From Piptocephalis cylindrospora (taxonomy: Eukaryota): 38,082 bases of DNA. Both the position numbers and the translations under genes were made by a program. The notes below the pieces were generated by a model that did no database searches, had not been told where the DNA came from, and saw only the letters and a program-made list of their open reading frames with translations. This document shows, one piece after another, positions 11,201-23,233 of this stretch; positions within the stretch are counted from its first letter, which is position 1, and each line of letters starts with the position of its first letter. The stretch lies in contig KZ987733.1 in assembly GCA_003614145.1 (NCBI GenBank), positions 1 to 38,082 of the forward strand. The letters are read 5' to 3'.

Positions 11201-14200
11201 GCGGCATGGTTTCTACTCCCAAACCATCACTCCCTTCTTTCGTGGAAATGGAAAGGTCCATTGATGTTCTACTGGTCGAACCATCAATTAAGTCGGCTTT
11301 CATTGCATGCGCCCAGACCCTTCTCCCTCCCCACCAGAAGGTCGATTTGTGGGTGGAAGAGGAGATTTTTTCCCTCCTCCTCCGCTGCATCTACTCTCCG
11401 GGAACTGAAGCATCTCGTTCATGGTACCGGCAGTATTTGACCGGGGTAATTTATACGCACGTGAACGGGTCCCCGTCAAAGACCATCCCCAAAAAACAAG
11501 TGACCTGGCTCAGTCATGCCATACGAGCTATCCTGACCGTTGAGGATGCCCTGGGAATGTGTAAAACCTTGTCCAGGGAAGGCAAGGGCTGGTCTACTGT
11601 TCCATGCCCTATTGTACGTGCCCTGGCACACGTCATTCAATCTCGTCCTCTGGAAGGCCAGGGTGGCGGTGGGGAGGACGAGTGGGGGGTGCTAGCATGG
11701 TCATCTCTTTCCTCAGCCCTACCTTACATCAGCAGAACCCCGGGCCTTGAGGACCTCTGCTCTTCTCTACTTCACTCGCGGCCCGATGTATCCCTCGATC
11801 TTTCAGCCTCAGTACGTGACAGTCTGCTTGCCGCCTTGAGAAATCCCGCAGCCTCTTTGGATGCTTCAGTGGTTCAAGGGCGATGGCGATTGGTTACAGA
11901 GGCCATGGGTCGATCAGGTGATGGGATGAGGGAATTGCACCGTGGAGTTGTGGGGCTTGTTCTATCTACCGCTTGGCCTCCTACTTCCTGGTCTCGGAGT
12001 AACATTAGGTCATGCACCGAATCTCTTTTTTTGGGATTACTTCAAGCTCCTGTAGAAGTTCTGGGTGAAGCGAGGACTCGTAAAGCTCTTGTTCGTGTTC
12101 ACGAGCTACTCTGCTCTCAGAGGCATCGTGGGTTCTGCGGAATAGTCACATCATCCAGCGTGGATACCATGATCCATGCCATTTTGAAGGCCAGTCGTAT
12201 TTCACATGAAATTTGCCTGACTGAATGTCATGGCTGGATGGCACGGGAGGGAGCCGCTGTATGGACTGGCTCGGCGAGGAGCCTTCCTGAGTGGGCCCTG
12301 GCTCAAGGCTTACTGAATATTACCTCGAAGGAGAGTGAGACGACCAGATCTCACCTCTTTAAGACTATTCTCCAAGCCATGTCGGAGCATTTTTCTCGTG
12401 GTACGACCGATGGAAAGGATGAGGACATTTCAACTTTACTTCAGAGCCTACTTGCCCATGGAGCTCTGGTCATCCCTTCGGAGGTCATGGCCTACTTTGA
12501 CAAGATGCTACAGGGAGAGGGAGGCGAAGAAGGGCTTCAAGTGACAACACGTGCTCTCATGGCCTTCCTTGTTCGATCCCCGGCGGAGGATCAGGATATT
12601 CCTCGTATTGTCTTTCAGAAGCTCTTAGATTATTTCCATCCCTCTAGGGTGACCCAAGGTTCCAGGTGCTCCCATCTCCTTTTGGTTCTTCTTCTAGCCC
12701 TTCTCTTGGTGCGACAGCCCATTGATCTAATTCACCAGTGGTCTCATCATCGCATTACCGGTGTTTGGCGTCTTTTCTTGGACCATTATCGAGGAACATA
12801 TACTCCAGCGGATCGGTTAATTCTCCAGGCTATTGAAGCCTCTGAAAGGGCCCTTCGCCAGATCTCCGAATCCCCCGCCCCGTCTCCTCTTCCTGTCCTT
12901 CTCCTCTGGGGTTGCCAAATGCTACCGGATTTTGCCGGTATTCCATCCGAGGATACCATGGAAGAAGAAAAGATCGATGCTCTTCCGCCTTTAGATGAAG
13001 TTATGATTAGGGCAGCACTGGATCGATTGGAGCCTCGGGCCATCCTCAAAACCCTGCGTGATTTCCCAGATGAGGCTGGCGAAACTTTGGACCATGTTGG
13101 ATTGATTCGTGTCACCGATGCCGCATTGGAGAATGCGGAACAGGGAAGTGAGAAAAGGATGGATCCATCCTTTTGGCTCACATACGCCCTTAACCTCTTT
13201 GGCCTCTCTAGTCGCCAGTCTTCTCTTCTCCTTCGAGGCTGGGTGGAGCGGAACGGGCTGGGTTTGACCCTGGCCTGTCTTGGCAGCCCCAATGATCGTC
13301 TGCGTCAAATAGCCTACTCTCTTCTTGACCAGATCTACCCAACCCTAAATGAAGCGAGAATTCGTTTCCGCGGGGCAGGTCAGGTGGCTCTTTTACTCAC
13401 ATGGGTCAAGGATGCCATCACTGCTCGGGAGGACGGCCTTGATGACCTTGATGAATCCGACAGGAAGGCCGTGCTAGCGAAGGCGTACCCCTGTCTCCCT
13501 GGACCCATTTCTACCTTTGTTGCTCAGGCTGTGGCCATCCTCCTTAACCCCGAACATCATTTATTTCCCTCTATTAATCGACATCTTCTCCAACGTCCCA
13601 TGGCGGATCTTCAGGTAAGCGGTACATAGTACTCTAAGGAAGTGGATGACCCCTTTCTTGATCTTTCATCCTTGCCCCGATCTGATAACACCATCATCGA
13701 AAATAATTATTATAGGATATTCCCTTGTTTTATGAGCTCTTTCACTCAACGTCCGCAGATGCAAGCCGTGGCAGAATTTGGCTCTTTCACCTGTTAATTT
13801 CGGGCCTTCGGGATAGTCAAGTAAGTTGTATGGGCATTACAGGGAGTAGATCAAGCGCAATTACCATTTTTACTTACCTCTTCCTACGCCTGTTCCTCTC
13901 AGGACGCCTATGTGTATCGACGTAGGCATGTCTTTCCCCTGATAGCCGAGTACATTGCCTCCCCCCTTTGTGCTTCCGAGGAGAGGACTTGGGCCCTCAA
14001 GGTATTTTTTATTTTCTGACGGGTACTATGTGAAGTGTGGGGACAATTTTTAGATGCGCAATCATTCCACTTTGACAGGTCGTTCTTTATCCCTGTATCT
14101 CATGGTCTTGCTCCTTCTCCCCCATTCATCATTATAGGTCCTGGAAAAGGCCATATTGTTTCCATCAATTCGCCTGGATTTGGTCAAGCGGCATTCTATC

Positions 14201-14383
14201 CTTCTCTGGTGTCATATGGTGTGCACCTCCTTGGGAAGAGTTTGGGCCCAGGAACGCGATGGGGAGGGATGGTTAAGGCAGGTGCGTGGTATTCTTATTC
14301 AAGGTCTCGGTGATGGGCAAGGGATTCCAGAGTATCAGAAAGATCTAGTCCAAATTTCCCTTCAAGAGCCCTTCATGCAGTAG
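8217..14383 (+). CDS. URB1: Nucleolar pre-ribosomal-associated protein 1 (URB1/NPA1); exons ~8217-8877, 8965-10236, 10343-13614, 13716-13820, 13903-14001, 14138-14383
   Basis: Large helical-repeat protein. Npa1-like N-terminal region (FLRALCCRPDVGL...GWYP; VHNRAILRFIKQLRP; LPELSSPYW...SYEPRLSLKWL) and conserved C-terminal block (NPEHHLFPSINRHLLQRP..DL-QDIPLFYELFHS...RIWLFHLLISGLR..QDAYVYRRRHVF). Five frame-consistent GT-AG introns. Confidence 0.88.
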
Positions 14384-15176
14384 GCATGGTATGGGATCAG
14401 ACCGTTGGCATAGCGCGGTTAGAATAAATGTGTATGGATTTGTTTTCCTGCTCAAATTGCGTCCTGGGATTTATCAAAACCCTAGTATGATAATGATAGA
14501 ATTGGCTTGTTTTCCCTCGGTGTGCTAGATTGATAGATATCCGAAGGTAGGATCCACTCAAGTGGCCGGCATAAGTGACATAGATGGGTCCCCAGCGCGT
14601 ACCCTACTCATAATGTCATAAGCATTACAGACGTCTAGCCCGCTTTCACTGAATTAAAAGTAACCTTATTCTTCATTATGGAAGCCGATAAGATCAGTTG
14701 TGAAAATTGGGGGCTTGGGCAAACATATTGATGATGATGATGATAATGAAACCATTTTATTTTCCCCAGTGGGGTAGACGGATGGGCATCCGAATACAGT
14801 GTCTGCTAAGCAAGCTATTGTCCTCCCCTCCCCCAAAAAACGACATAACCACCTCCGTTGAATATTCCAGTATGATAATTGTAACCACTGCAGGAATGTT
14901 ACTATGTTCCTCTGATGCGCCATTCAGCTTTTATTACTGTTACCATAATTGTACTTTCGTTATTGGATAGACGGGCCATATACTTTTCCATCACGAACAG
15001 GCCAAACCTCAGGTTATAGGAGCCCTCACCTCTCCCACATAACACGAGAATCGAATAAAGAAAAGAGAAATTTATTGCTTAATGAATTGCTTGCATTAAT
15101 AAGGAAGGAGGGGACTATGGCATTCTGTCATCTAAAGGGCAAGAATGGGTCCCCCACCATACTACACCGTTCATGA

Positions 15177-18100
15177 TTATCTCTCATTCGACTCGGGGGG
15201 ATTTTCATGACCAGGAGGACGATGCGGATAGGAGCCTCCGGGGACCCCGTGTGGACTACCAGGCACTTGAATTCCTCTGGCTTGGGCGGCCGCATAGTAA
15301 TTGGCGTATTCTACCGATCTAGGATCCATGGGTAGGGGCCCGCCGCCCGCGTACCCATGTGCAACTCCCACTCCTCCATTGTAGGGAGGGACGCCATAAG
15401 GGTACATGTAGGCATGTGGGTGGTGCATGGGATGAGCATGAGCATGAGGGTGAGGATGGGTAGGGTAAGTAGCCTGCATGGGAGAGGACATAGGGACGTA
15501 GGAGCTTGGGTATGATGTACCCCCGCCTCCTCCTCCCCCTCCAACTACCATATCTTGATGTCCAATGGGGGGATGATGACCCAAGCCAGCGGCAGGACTA
15601 ATACTTCCAGAAGGTGCTGGGTAATAGATGTGCGGGAGGGAACGACGCACCTCTAATCCGGGAAGGGGGCGTGGGGGAGGCAGATAAGTGGAGGCTCCTG
15701 CCATAGCCTGAGTTAGTGGGGGAAGGGAGGGTGGACTTGGCGGATTTGGCCGTTCTCCAGGCACATTAGGAAGAAAATAACCTGGAGTAGGTCCACCCAA
15801 TCCAGGATGATTACCATGGGCCTGAGGAGCAGAGGGGGAGGGATGGTGGTGGATGTGGGCTGAGTGGGGCTGGTTAGATGAATGCCCTAGATGAGGAGAT
15901 AAAGCAGCGCTAGGGGATTGAGTTGAGCTATAGGTAGTGGGATGGGCCGATGAATAGGGGGGCCCTTGGGTATGAGGGTAATATGTCGTCGTTTCGTATC
16001 CAGGTGGTACCGAGCTAGCCCGATCTGCCTCTGGTAGACCAGGACCCGTGGATGATCCCGGGTAAGACGTCACTCCTACCCCCTGTCCTTCTTCTTCTCT
16101 TCCTCGATCCTCATGGAGTTCCCTTGCCCCACCCTCAATTCCAGAGGGCCCTGGAGTGGCAGTGACCTGTCGGTATTGGGCAGAGGCCACTCGCTCGGAC
16201 AATCCCAGCTTAGCATTATGGTTGTGATAATAGTTCTTCACTTGAACCGCCGTCTTTGAGCCCAAGGAGGAGGCAATGGCGGAAAAATCCTTACCATGCG
16301 CCTCCAACAAATGCAAAAAGTTAGCCCGCTCAAGCTTGGACCAGTATGACGAAAAAGTGGGTTTTTTCCCCGGGACTGAGGATGACGAAACGGGGGTCGA
16401 GATGGATCCAGATACGGCTCCAGACCACTGTGGATCGTCGGGAAGAGTTAAAGGAAGGAGCCCCGTAGAATTCGTGTTGCTATGAGGAGTAGGGGCTGTG
16501 TCATAGGAGGTCGGAGTGGATGGTGCTCTTGGGTCCTTTGAAAAAGTTTCCCCAGATGCATCATGAGCATCCCCTTCATGTAAGAGCGATCCTTGCATAT
16601 CCATGTCATCCTCCTCATCATCTTCCTCCTCTCCCTCTCCTTCCTCTCCGTCATCCTCGTCATCCTCAACAAGATGAAGCTCCTCGGACAATACACGTAG
16701 TGCTAGGGTCTCTACCGCATCCTCCAGATCCATCAAGGGATCTTCAACACCGGCAGCCAGAGCCCTACCATTCCCCTTTTCTAATTTGGCCTTTTTGCCT
16801 GAGCCTCCGGTCCGTTTCCGTCCACCCTTCCTATCCAGCTCAGATCCAGAGTCCGGCACCTCATCCAAGACTTCAGTCAGGCCATACCCTTGAAGGAGCT
16901 TTCGAATATCTGCCTGTGAAAGAATGGCATCCACAGCAGCATCGTCTCCTCCGGCTCCGATGGATTCATCAATGGCCTCTAAGGGTCTCTTCCCCGTTGT
17001 TTTTGCCTCTTTGGAACCAATTTCCTTTGTAGACCCCTCCTTACCAGGCCGATCCTTACTCTTACCAGGTCGATCCTTTTCCTTTCCCCCATTTCGGTCT
17101 CCTGAGGTATCTTTAACGGCCCGACTAATACTACGTCGCCTACGCCGGGAAGGTGGACCAGTTGAAGAGATGGATACATCTACGATGGAGTTTTTCCCAT
17201 CCCCAGAAACTAGCGTTTCTTCGTCATTGCCTACGGCCTGACTTTCATCCACTGCCCCTGAGGTTTCGGAGCCCTTCACTTCTCCTCCTTCGCCTTTGCT
17301 TTGTTCATCTACCTTTCTTTCCTCTCTTCCTTTGATCTGTCCAGGTCTACTTTCCGTCCCAAGAGGCCCGCTCCTGGGTTCCTTCTCTGTCGTCACACTT
17401 TCTCCTCCAGTTCCTGTGACCACGGCAGCCTGGGATCTCCTGCTTCCGGCGCCGCCCCGTCGACGAAGAGACGCGTCCTTTCGGGCAGCCATAGCCTTTA
17501 AATGTAGAACCTTTTTCTCTCGATAATATTGGAGGACACATTCGGCCGTGGTACGGTCAGGGAGGGCAGAGGCCACCGTCCCAAACTGTTTTCGGCCCTT
17601 GAGGTAAGCTTCGACAAAGGCCTCTCGTTCCTTTCGGGTCCAGGTCTTCCCCATCCGAAGGGAGGAAAGGGGTGTGGTAGCAGTGGCTGAGGCTGAGCCG
17701 ACTGATCCAGCTCCCATGCCATCTCCACCCACCCATCGCTCTCGACCCTTACGATCCCGTACCCAGCCACCCGAGCCGGATCCTTTGGCTTTTCGAGTGC
17801 GTTCGGCCTCAGCCCACACCTCTCGAACGTTCTTACTCTTCCCAGGCCCCACCAGTTCCTCAGCCATAACCCCCCCAGACCCGGCCCACTGACCAGCCAA
17901 ACCACGAAGCGTTCCGCCCTGCATGAACGCCACCACAGGGTCCAAAATACGGGATCCACGATTTTCGTACCGTACACCCCCAAGACCCTTTCCACGCCTT
18001 TCCCATGGGGGAAGCATATCAGGGATCCGGGCAGAGAGTTGCTTGGCTCGGATCAGCTTTCCCGGGGAAGCTTCCCGAGCCAATCGCTCCATGATCTCCT

Positions 18101-20798
18101 GCAGGTGAGCCTCGCTACGCACAGCATCTGGATTGTGGAAACCCCTAGAGTTACTAGGGCCAGAGCTTCCAGAGACTCCCCCAGAGGTGGACCGACCTCG
18201 GGCGCTGACAGACTGAGCCTGGAAACCCGGACCACCCAGACCTAGACCAAGACCATCTGAGGTTTCATACAGCCCGGACCGATCTCCGCTACCACCACGA
18301 CCCCAATCATCCCCGGTCCGTGCATAGCTGGGGATGAGGGGCTTGGCATCTTCGATGGCGCGTAACCGCTTCTTCCAACCTTCCTCAAACCCTTCCCATA
18401 CTCGCCAGAGTTCTCGCTGCCTCAATGTTTCCGCTTGATTCTGGGCCGAAAGGAAGCGCATCATTCGGAGATGAAAATTTTGCTCATGCTGATGTAATAC
18501 AGTCTGGGTATGGGTCTGGAAGGCCTCTTGAGTCATGGATGGATACCCAAGGAGGTGGAGAGGGGTTGCAGCGGCCAGAAGATGATTTTGGGCGTAGATA
18601 TCCTTCTCAGACCAGGAGGGTTTAGACGACCCAGTGGTATCCCCACGATCGGCCAATGTCAAAGGGATGGGATCGGACGAGGAGGGTGATAAATTCTCCT
18701 GATCAGAGCCTCCCATTGTTTCGGCATTCGTGGACGTAGTGGGACCAATCGTACTTGGAGCTAGGTCAGCCTGGGAGGGTAGGGATCGTTTCTGCCGGGC
18801 ACGTCTCTTGGCCTGAAGCCGTTCATACTCGGCAATTTGATCATCCAAATCATCAATTTGACTCAGCGCATCTGTCTGTGTCATGGTACGTCCATTCCTA
18901 GTTCGAAGTAGAAGGCCCCTCCTTCCAGTGGAGGGGACAGAGGTCTCGGGAGACTTTGGAGATGGGGCCCGGGATGGGGGAACACTAGGTGTCTCCCCTT
19001 CCTCCTCCTCATCATCATCGTTCTCATCCTCCTCTTCCTCCTCCTCCCCATTCTCATCCAAGGAAAAGGCATTCATAGGGAGTTCGGCCTTTTTAGTAGC
19101 AGGGCCCAGGTAAGGGGATCCAGTAGCGCTCCACTCTCCTTCTTCTAGCTCATCCTCTTCATCCTCCTCCTCATTGTCCGTTCGTTCATCTCCATCTTCA
19201 TCCTCTTCTTGAATGGATGGAGCCCGCGAACTATGACGGGAGGTGGTGCGACTATGAGGGGCTGTGGAGGGAGGGCCAGACTGAGGGCGATATCGGTCAA
19301 TGACTGTGGTGCCGGATGAACCGGCCACACCATAAAAGGCCTCACGAATAGCAGCCTCATCATATCCATCCCCGCCCACAGGACGACGGTAGGAGGATAC
19401 TCCTCCACCAGAGTGGTTGGAACCATTTTCTCGGGTATGTTCAGGAGGGAACCCCTCTCCATTCCCTCTTCCTGCTCCCCTCCATAACTTTGACCGGCCT
19501 CTTCCACGATCACCATGTTCCCCTCGGGGATGAGTAGGGGAGGTTAAAGGGGCATCTGAGCCTGGCTTGGAGGATCCCCGATACCAGTTGGGCGGGAGAA
19601 GTCTTGACGGTCCGTCCCTTTTATACGGATCATTTCCACGTGGCGCTCCTACTCCTGCTCCACCACCACCACCACCACCCATATCGGATCGATTGTACAC
19701 ATCCGCTCGGTAGGACTAGGAAAAGCACGGGGTAAGCAAAATGACCTTTTAAATACATATTTCGTCCCAGTAAATCATATTTACCGAAGCATTCAGTGAA
19801 GGCCCAATGGGCTCATGACTAGCTCCTCGTCCTGCCTTACGAAAGGGGGGTTGTGAAGAAGGAAAATTTCGAGAGGGAGGATAATCAGACTGAGGTCCAG
19901 GAATATTCTAGAGTAAGGGACAAGGGCAGTGGGAGAAGAGGAAAATAGAAATTAGCAGGAGTCTGGAGAAGTAGATATAACTGCTGAAAGAAAAAGTGAA
20001 AGGCAAATTTACCTCACCACGCGACCTCCCATAGACTCTTCCTCCTCTATTAGACCCTGGAGTATGATAAGAATCATGGGCAGAAGGGAGAAGACCCTGA
20101 CGATCCATTTCTGCAGGATATCGATCGGGTCTCCCTGGTCCGGAAACATTTTTTCTTCCGTAGGCCTGAGAACGAGGGCCCGACGGAAGAGGGGCCCCGG
20201 GTGGGAGCACGCCAGGATGGGGCCCAATTCTATCGCCACCCCCCCACCGATCTTTCCCTCCCGGAGCTGGGCCATACTAACGGGTGAAAATTAGATAAAT
20301 TAGGAATTTTCAGTGAAAACGCGTATGCATGAAGCAAACCACCCCGTGGGATTCTCTCATTCATTAAAATGAGAAATAAAAGCCTACCTGGAAGGATGGC
20401 GTTGGCTGAACGCGGTCATCGGGCCACCGAGAGGAGGCCATAATGCTAGCTGACCTTGGCCGCCCTCCAGAATCCGGGGAGACGGGTCTGGAGGAAGTGT
20501 AGCGCATGGAAGGATGATCCTCCCCACCTAGGACTTCATGAGGGGGGCCCTCGTACCGACGTTGAGCCCCTGGCTGAGGCCAGTACATAGGACTAGGTCC
20601 ACCAGCTTCCATGGAGTGGTTGGCTGGGGTAGATCGAGAGTCCCTAGAGGGTGGATGGTGTCTGGTCTGCGCGTGAGGATGATGCGGAGGGAATGGAGGG
20701 CCTTGGGCAGGGTGACCAGGGTAATTTGGCGGGGGCTTGGACGAGGAGTAATTCGGTCGATACCGATCCATCCCCTTGCCCTTTCCTCTATCATCCAT
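15177..20798 (-). CDS. SNT1: N-CoR/SMRT-like (SNT1-like) double-SANT corepressor of the HDAC3/Set3C-type complex, ~1780 aa; exons ~20798-20388, 20276-20013, 19907-19785, 19715-15177
   Basis: SANT1 WTRKEREAFVEAYLKGRKQFGTVASALPDRTTAECVLQYYREKK and SANT2 SSYWSKLERANFLHLLEAHGKDFSAIASSLGSKTAVQVKNYY. Upstream N-CoR-like motifs AVRSEAHLQEIM and ARIPDML. Three phase-0 GT-AG introns connect the ATG at 20798 (MDDRGKGKG) to the long ORF. Pro/His-rich low-complexity termini. Confidence 0.85.
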
Positions 20799-21486
20799 AG
20801 TGATCGTAGATAGAAACTGGAGCGCAGCAGATAAGATGCAGATGAAGGGGAGGAGGAGGTAGGAGTGAGTGAAAGAGGAGAGTAGAAGGATAAGATGGAT
20901 CTTGTGGTAGAGGAAGAGGGAAGGGAGGAGGGGAAAACAAAGCGTGCTTCCCTTAAACAAAGTGGTTGTGGGTTTGAATGTGTACAGCTCTGGGTATTTG
21001 GCTGGGCTTTCGACATGGTAGTAAAGTGCCCTCTGCCTTTGGAGCATAGCATGAGGTGTGTCCAAGAAGCAATGAATTCCCCTCTTCAAAGGTAGATCAG
21101 CTGCACACGACAAATCCGATGGAGAGATGGGGTAAGTTTTGTCCAATTTCGAAGCAAAAGTGAGCATTCTTGTTGGACATATTTCACTTGTAGGATGAAT
21201 TTTGTGTGAGACTACCCATCCGTCAAACAAAAGGAGAATGACTGCTTTTTTCCAGTATGGAAAGACAATGGTGGCGCATGCATTGAGTTTAATGGGTTGA
21301 GTTTATAGGGGCAGACTCCTACCTAAAAGATCGAGTATATCTGTATGGAGGTCGGGACTCAGGCAATCAATTCCCTAATTCCAAATATACAACCTCCTTC
21401 CCTTCCCTTAATGCCTAACCTCCATAGTAATAATACTGGTAATGAGAAGAATTTCAGCAGCGTTGACTATCGTAATTAGGTCGGTA

Positions 21487-22060
21487 CAATGCTCGGATAC
21501 TCATCGGATTGCGGAGCTCGGGGGGATCGATGTCTCCAGAGAGGGCCGTGAAAACGATGGAAACCTGGGGACGCGAGGGAGTATGCCATTGCCGGGGGAC
21601 GATGGTATGCCCCCTCGTATCCCTAGCTTCCCGGACCATCTCATGCGACCTCAATAGTGGCGAACGTTCCTTCAGGTGAAGGTGGGTCTTAGGTGTCTGT
21701 AGCATCCATTAAGGTTTTTATATAGGGTGCACGTCGGGGATCTAGTCCCTGGTACCACTCATGCCGACTCTTGGGTGGGTACTGTGTTCGGACATTCCTA
21801 TTGCCTGCCCCACTTGGGGATAATAGAATGGTTTTATCATCATCATACTCATCGGCTTGCCTCACTAAGGGAAAATCAGACAGTTTTATCATCATCTCCA
21901 TGTAAATGGCGATAGATATATTTATAAAGCTGTGACTCCTACTCACTTGCCACCTCAGCATCTCTGAGTCTCTAGAGTGACCCATAAGGAATTATGGCAC
22001 TATGCTCGGATACCCATCTGCCTACCGCACTGGGGGAAATAGAATAGTTTTATCATCCTC
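21487..22060. repeat. Cluster of four degenerate copies of a ~55-60 bp motif (about 21487-21525, 21781-21843, 21844-21896, 21998-22057)
   Basis: Shared words: (a/g)tg(c/t)tcgga, atac(t/c)catc, gcct..cact..ggg(g)a, and aga.(a/g)gttttatcatc (three copies of GTTTTATCATC). Confidence 0.6.
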
Positions 22061-22307
22061 ACCATCAGAAACAGCACATACAAGAATAAATAATTTGTTA
22101 CAATAGTACTGTTAATAATAATAGTAACCATAACAATAAAATGGTGAGCGCTACTAAACTTGTCAGGATTCATCGTGAGGAATCTATCATAATACACTTA
22201 CCAATTTCCGCATCCACAAAGACCTGGGACCCTTCAGACCATCTGCACTACATATCAACTTACAGTATCTGCTTTGTGTTTTCCATTGTACTCCTTTCTC
22301 TTCCATT

Positions 22308-22954
22308 ATGGCTTCGCAGCACTATATCCCGCCCCAAGTAAGTCTTGATCTTTAGGATTGCCCTTCGCGACCCGCGACCTACTCAATATCCCCTTTATCG
22401 TGGATAGAACTTTGGCATAATCGAGGATGGCCTTTATCGATCTGGACAGCCCAATGAACTCAACTTCCCATTTCTGGAGAAGCTGGGCTTGCGGACAGTG
22501 ATTTGGCTTGCCCCCGAGGAGCCCAACCAGAGATTTCTAGACTTTGTCGACGACCAAGAGGTTGACCTACGGCATCTAGGGGTTGCCACATCCGTCAACG
22601 CGTGGGACCCAGTGACCGAGGAGATTGTCCTCGCCGCCCTCGAGATCGTCCTTACACCAACAAAGCATCCTATGATTATCATGTGCAACCTCGGGAGGCA
22701 TCGGACGGGTAAGCTGGGATGGAGGCCACAGATACTATCCCATGAATCCAATATTCATCTTTCCCCCCTCCAATGATGCTTTAGGAACCGTGGTGGGCTG
22801 TCTGAGAAAGTTACAGCGGTGGAACTTGGCGTCCATTTTTGAGGAATACCGTCGCTACGCCGGCCAGAAGGTTCGAGTCATGAATGAGCAGTTTATTGAG
22901 CTGTTTGATACTGATCTTGTAGCCATCTCTCTCGACCATCCATCATGGCTTTAG
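22308..22954 (+). CDS. OCA1: OCA1-like atypical dual-specificity phosphatase (PFA-DSP / Siw14 family); exons 22308-22337, 22408-22708, 22785-22954
   Basis: YIPPQ-NFGIIEDGLYRSGQPNELNFPFLEKLGLRTVIWLAPEEP...NAWDPVTEE...MCNLGRHRTG-TVVGCLRKLQRWNLASIFEEYRRYAG. CX5R loop intact. GRHRTG and WNLAS resemble yeast Oca1 more than Siw14 (GKHRTG), from recall. Confidence 0.85.
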
Positions 22955-23233
22955 CGGCTGTCACTCCCCATACATTCAGTGCATACCCGTGCGATATATC
23001 CGCTCTCTTCTTGATAAGGACATCTTGGATGACGATGTGGTACTTGTTGCTTGAATATAAGGATGGAAGAATGAAGCATTCATAGAGTAGAGGGATATCA
23101 TGGATGCGTTTCTGTACAGTGAAGGGTTGTGTTCATCTGATAATGCATTTCTGATCAAATAGCCATCCACACGTTCATTTATATTTCCCAAATTTCCTTG
23201 CATAATCTGAATCATCTACTCGCGTTGCTGGAA

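Noticed and set aside
20799..21230. Hydrophobic N-terminal extension of ORF 20364..21230
   Set aside because: The apparent TM segment is translated CT-rich leader; the coding-like sequence begins at MDDRGK (20798).
21487..22060. CRISPR-like reading of the repeat cluster
   Set aside because: Copies are degenerate and irregularly spaced, the context is eukaryotic and there are no cas genes.
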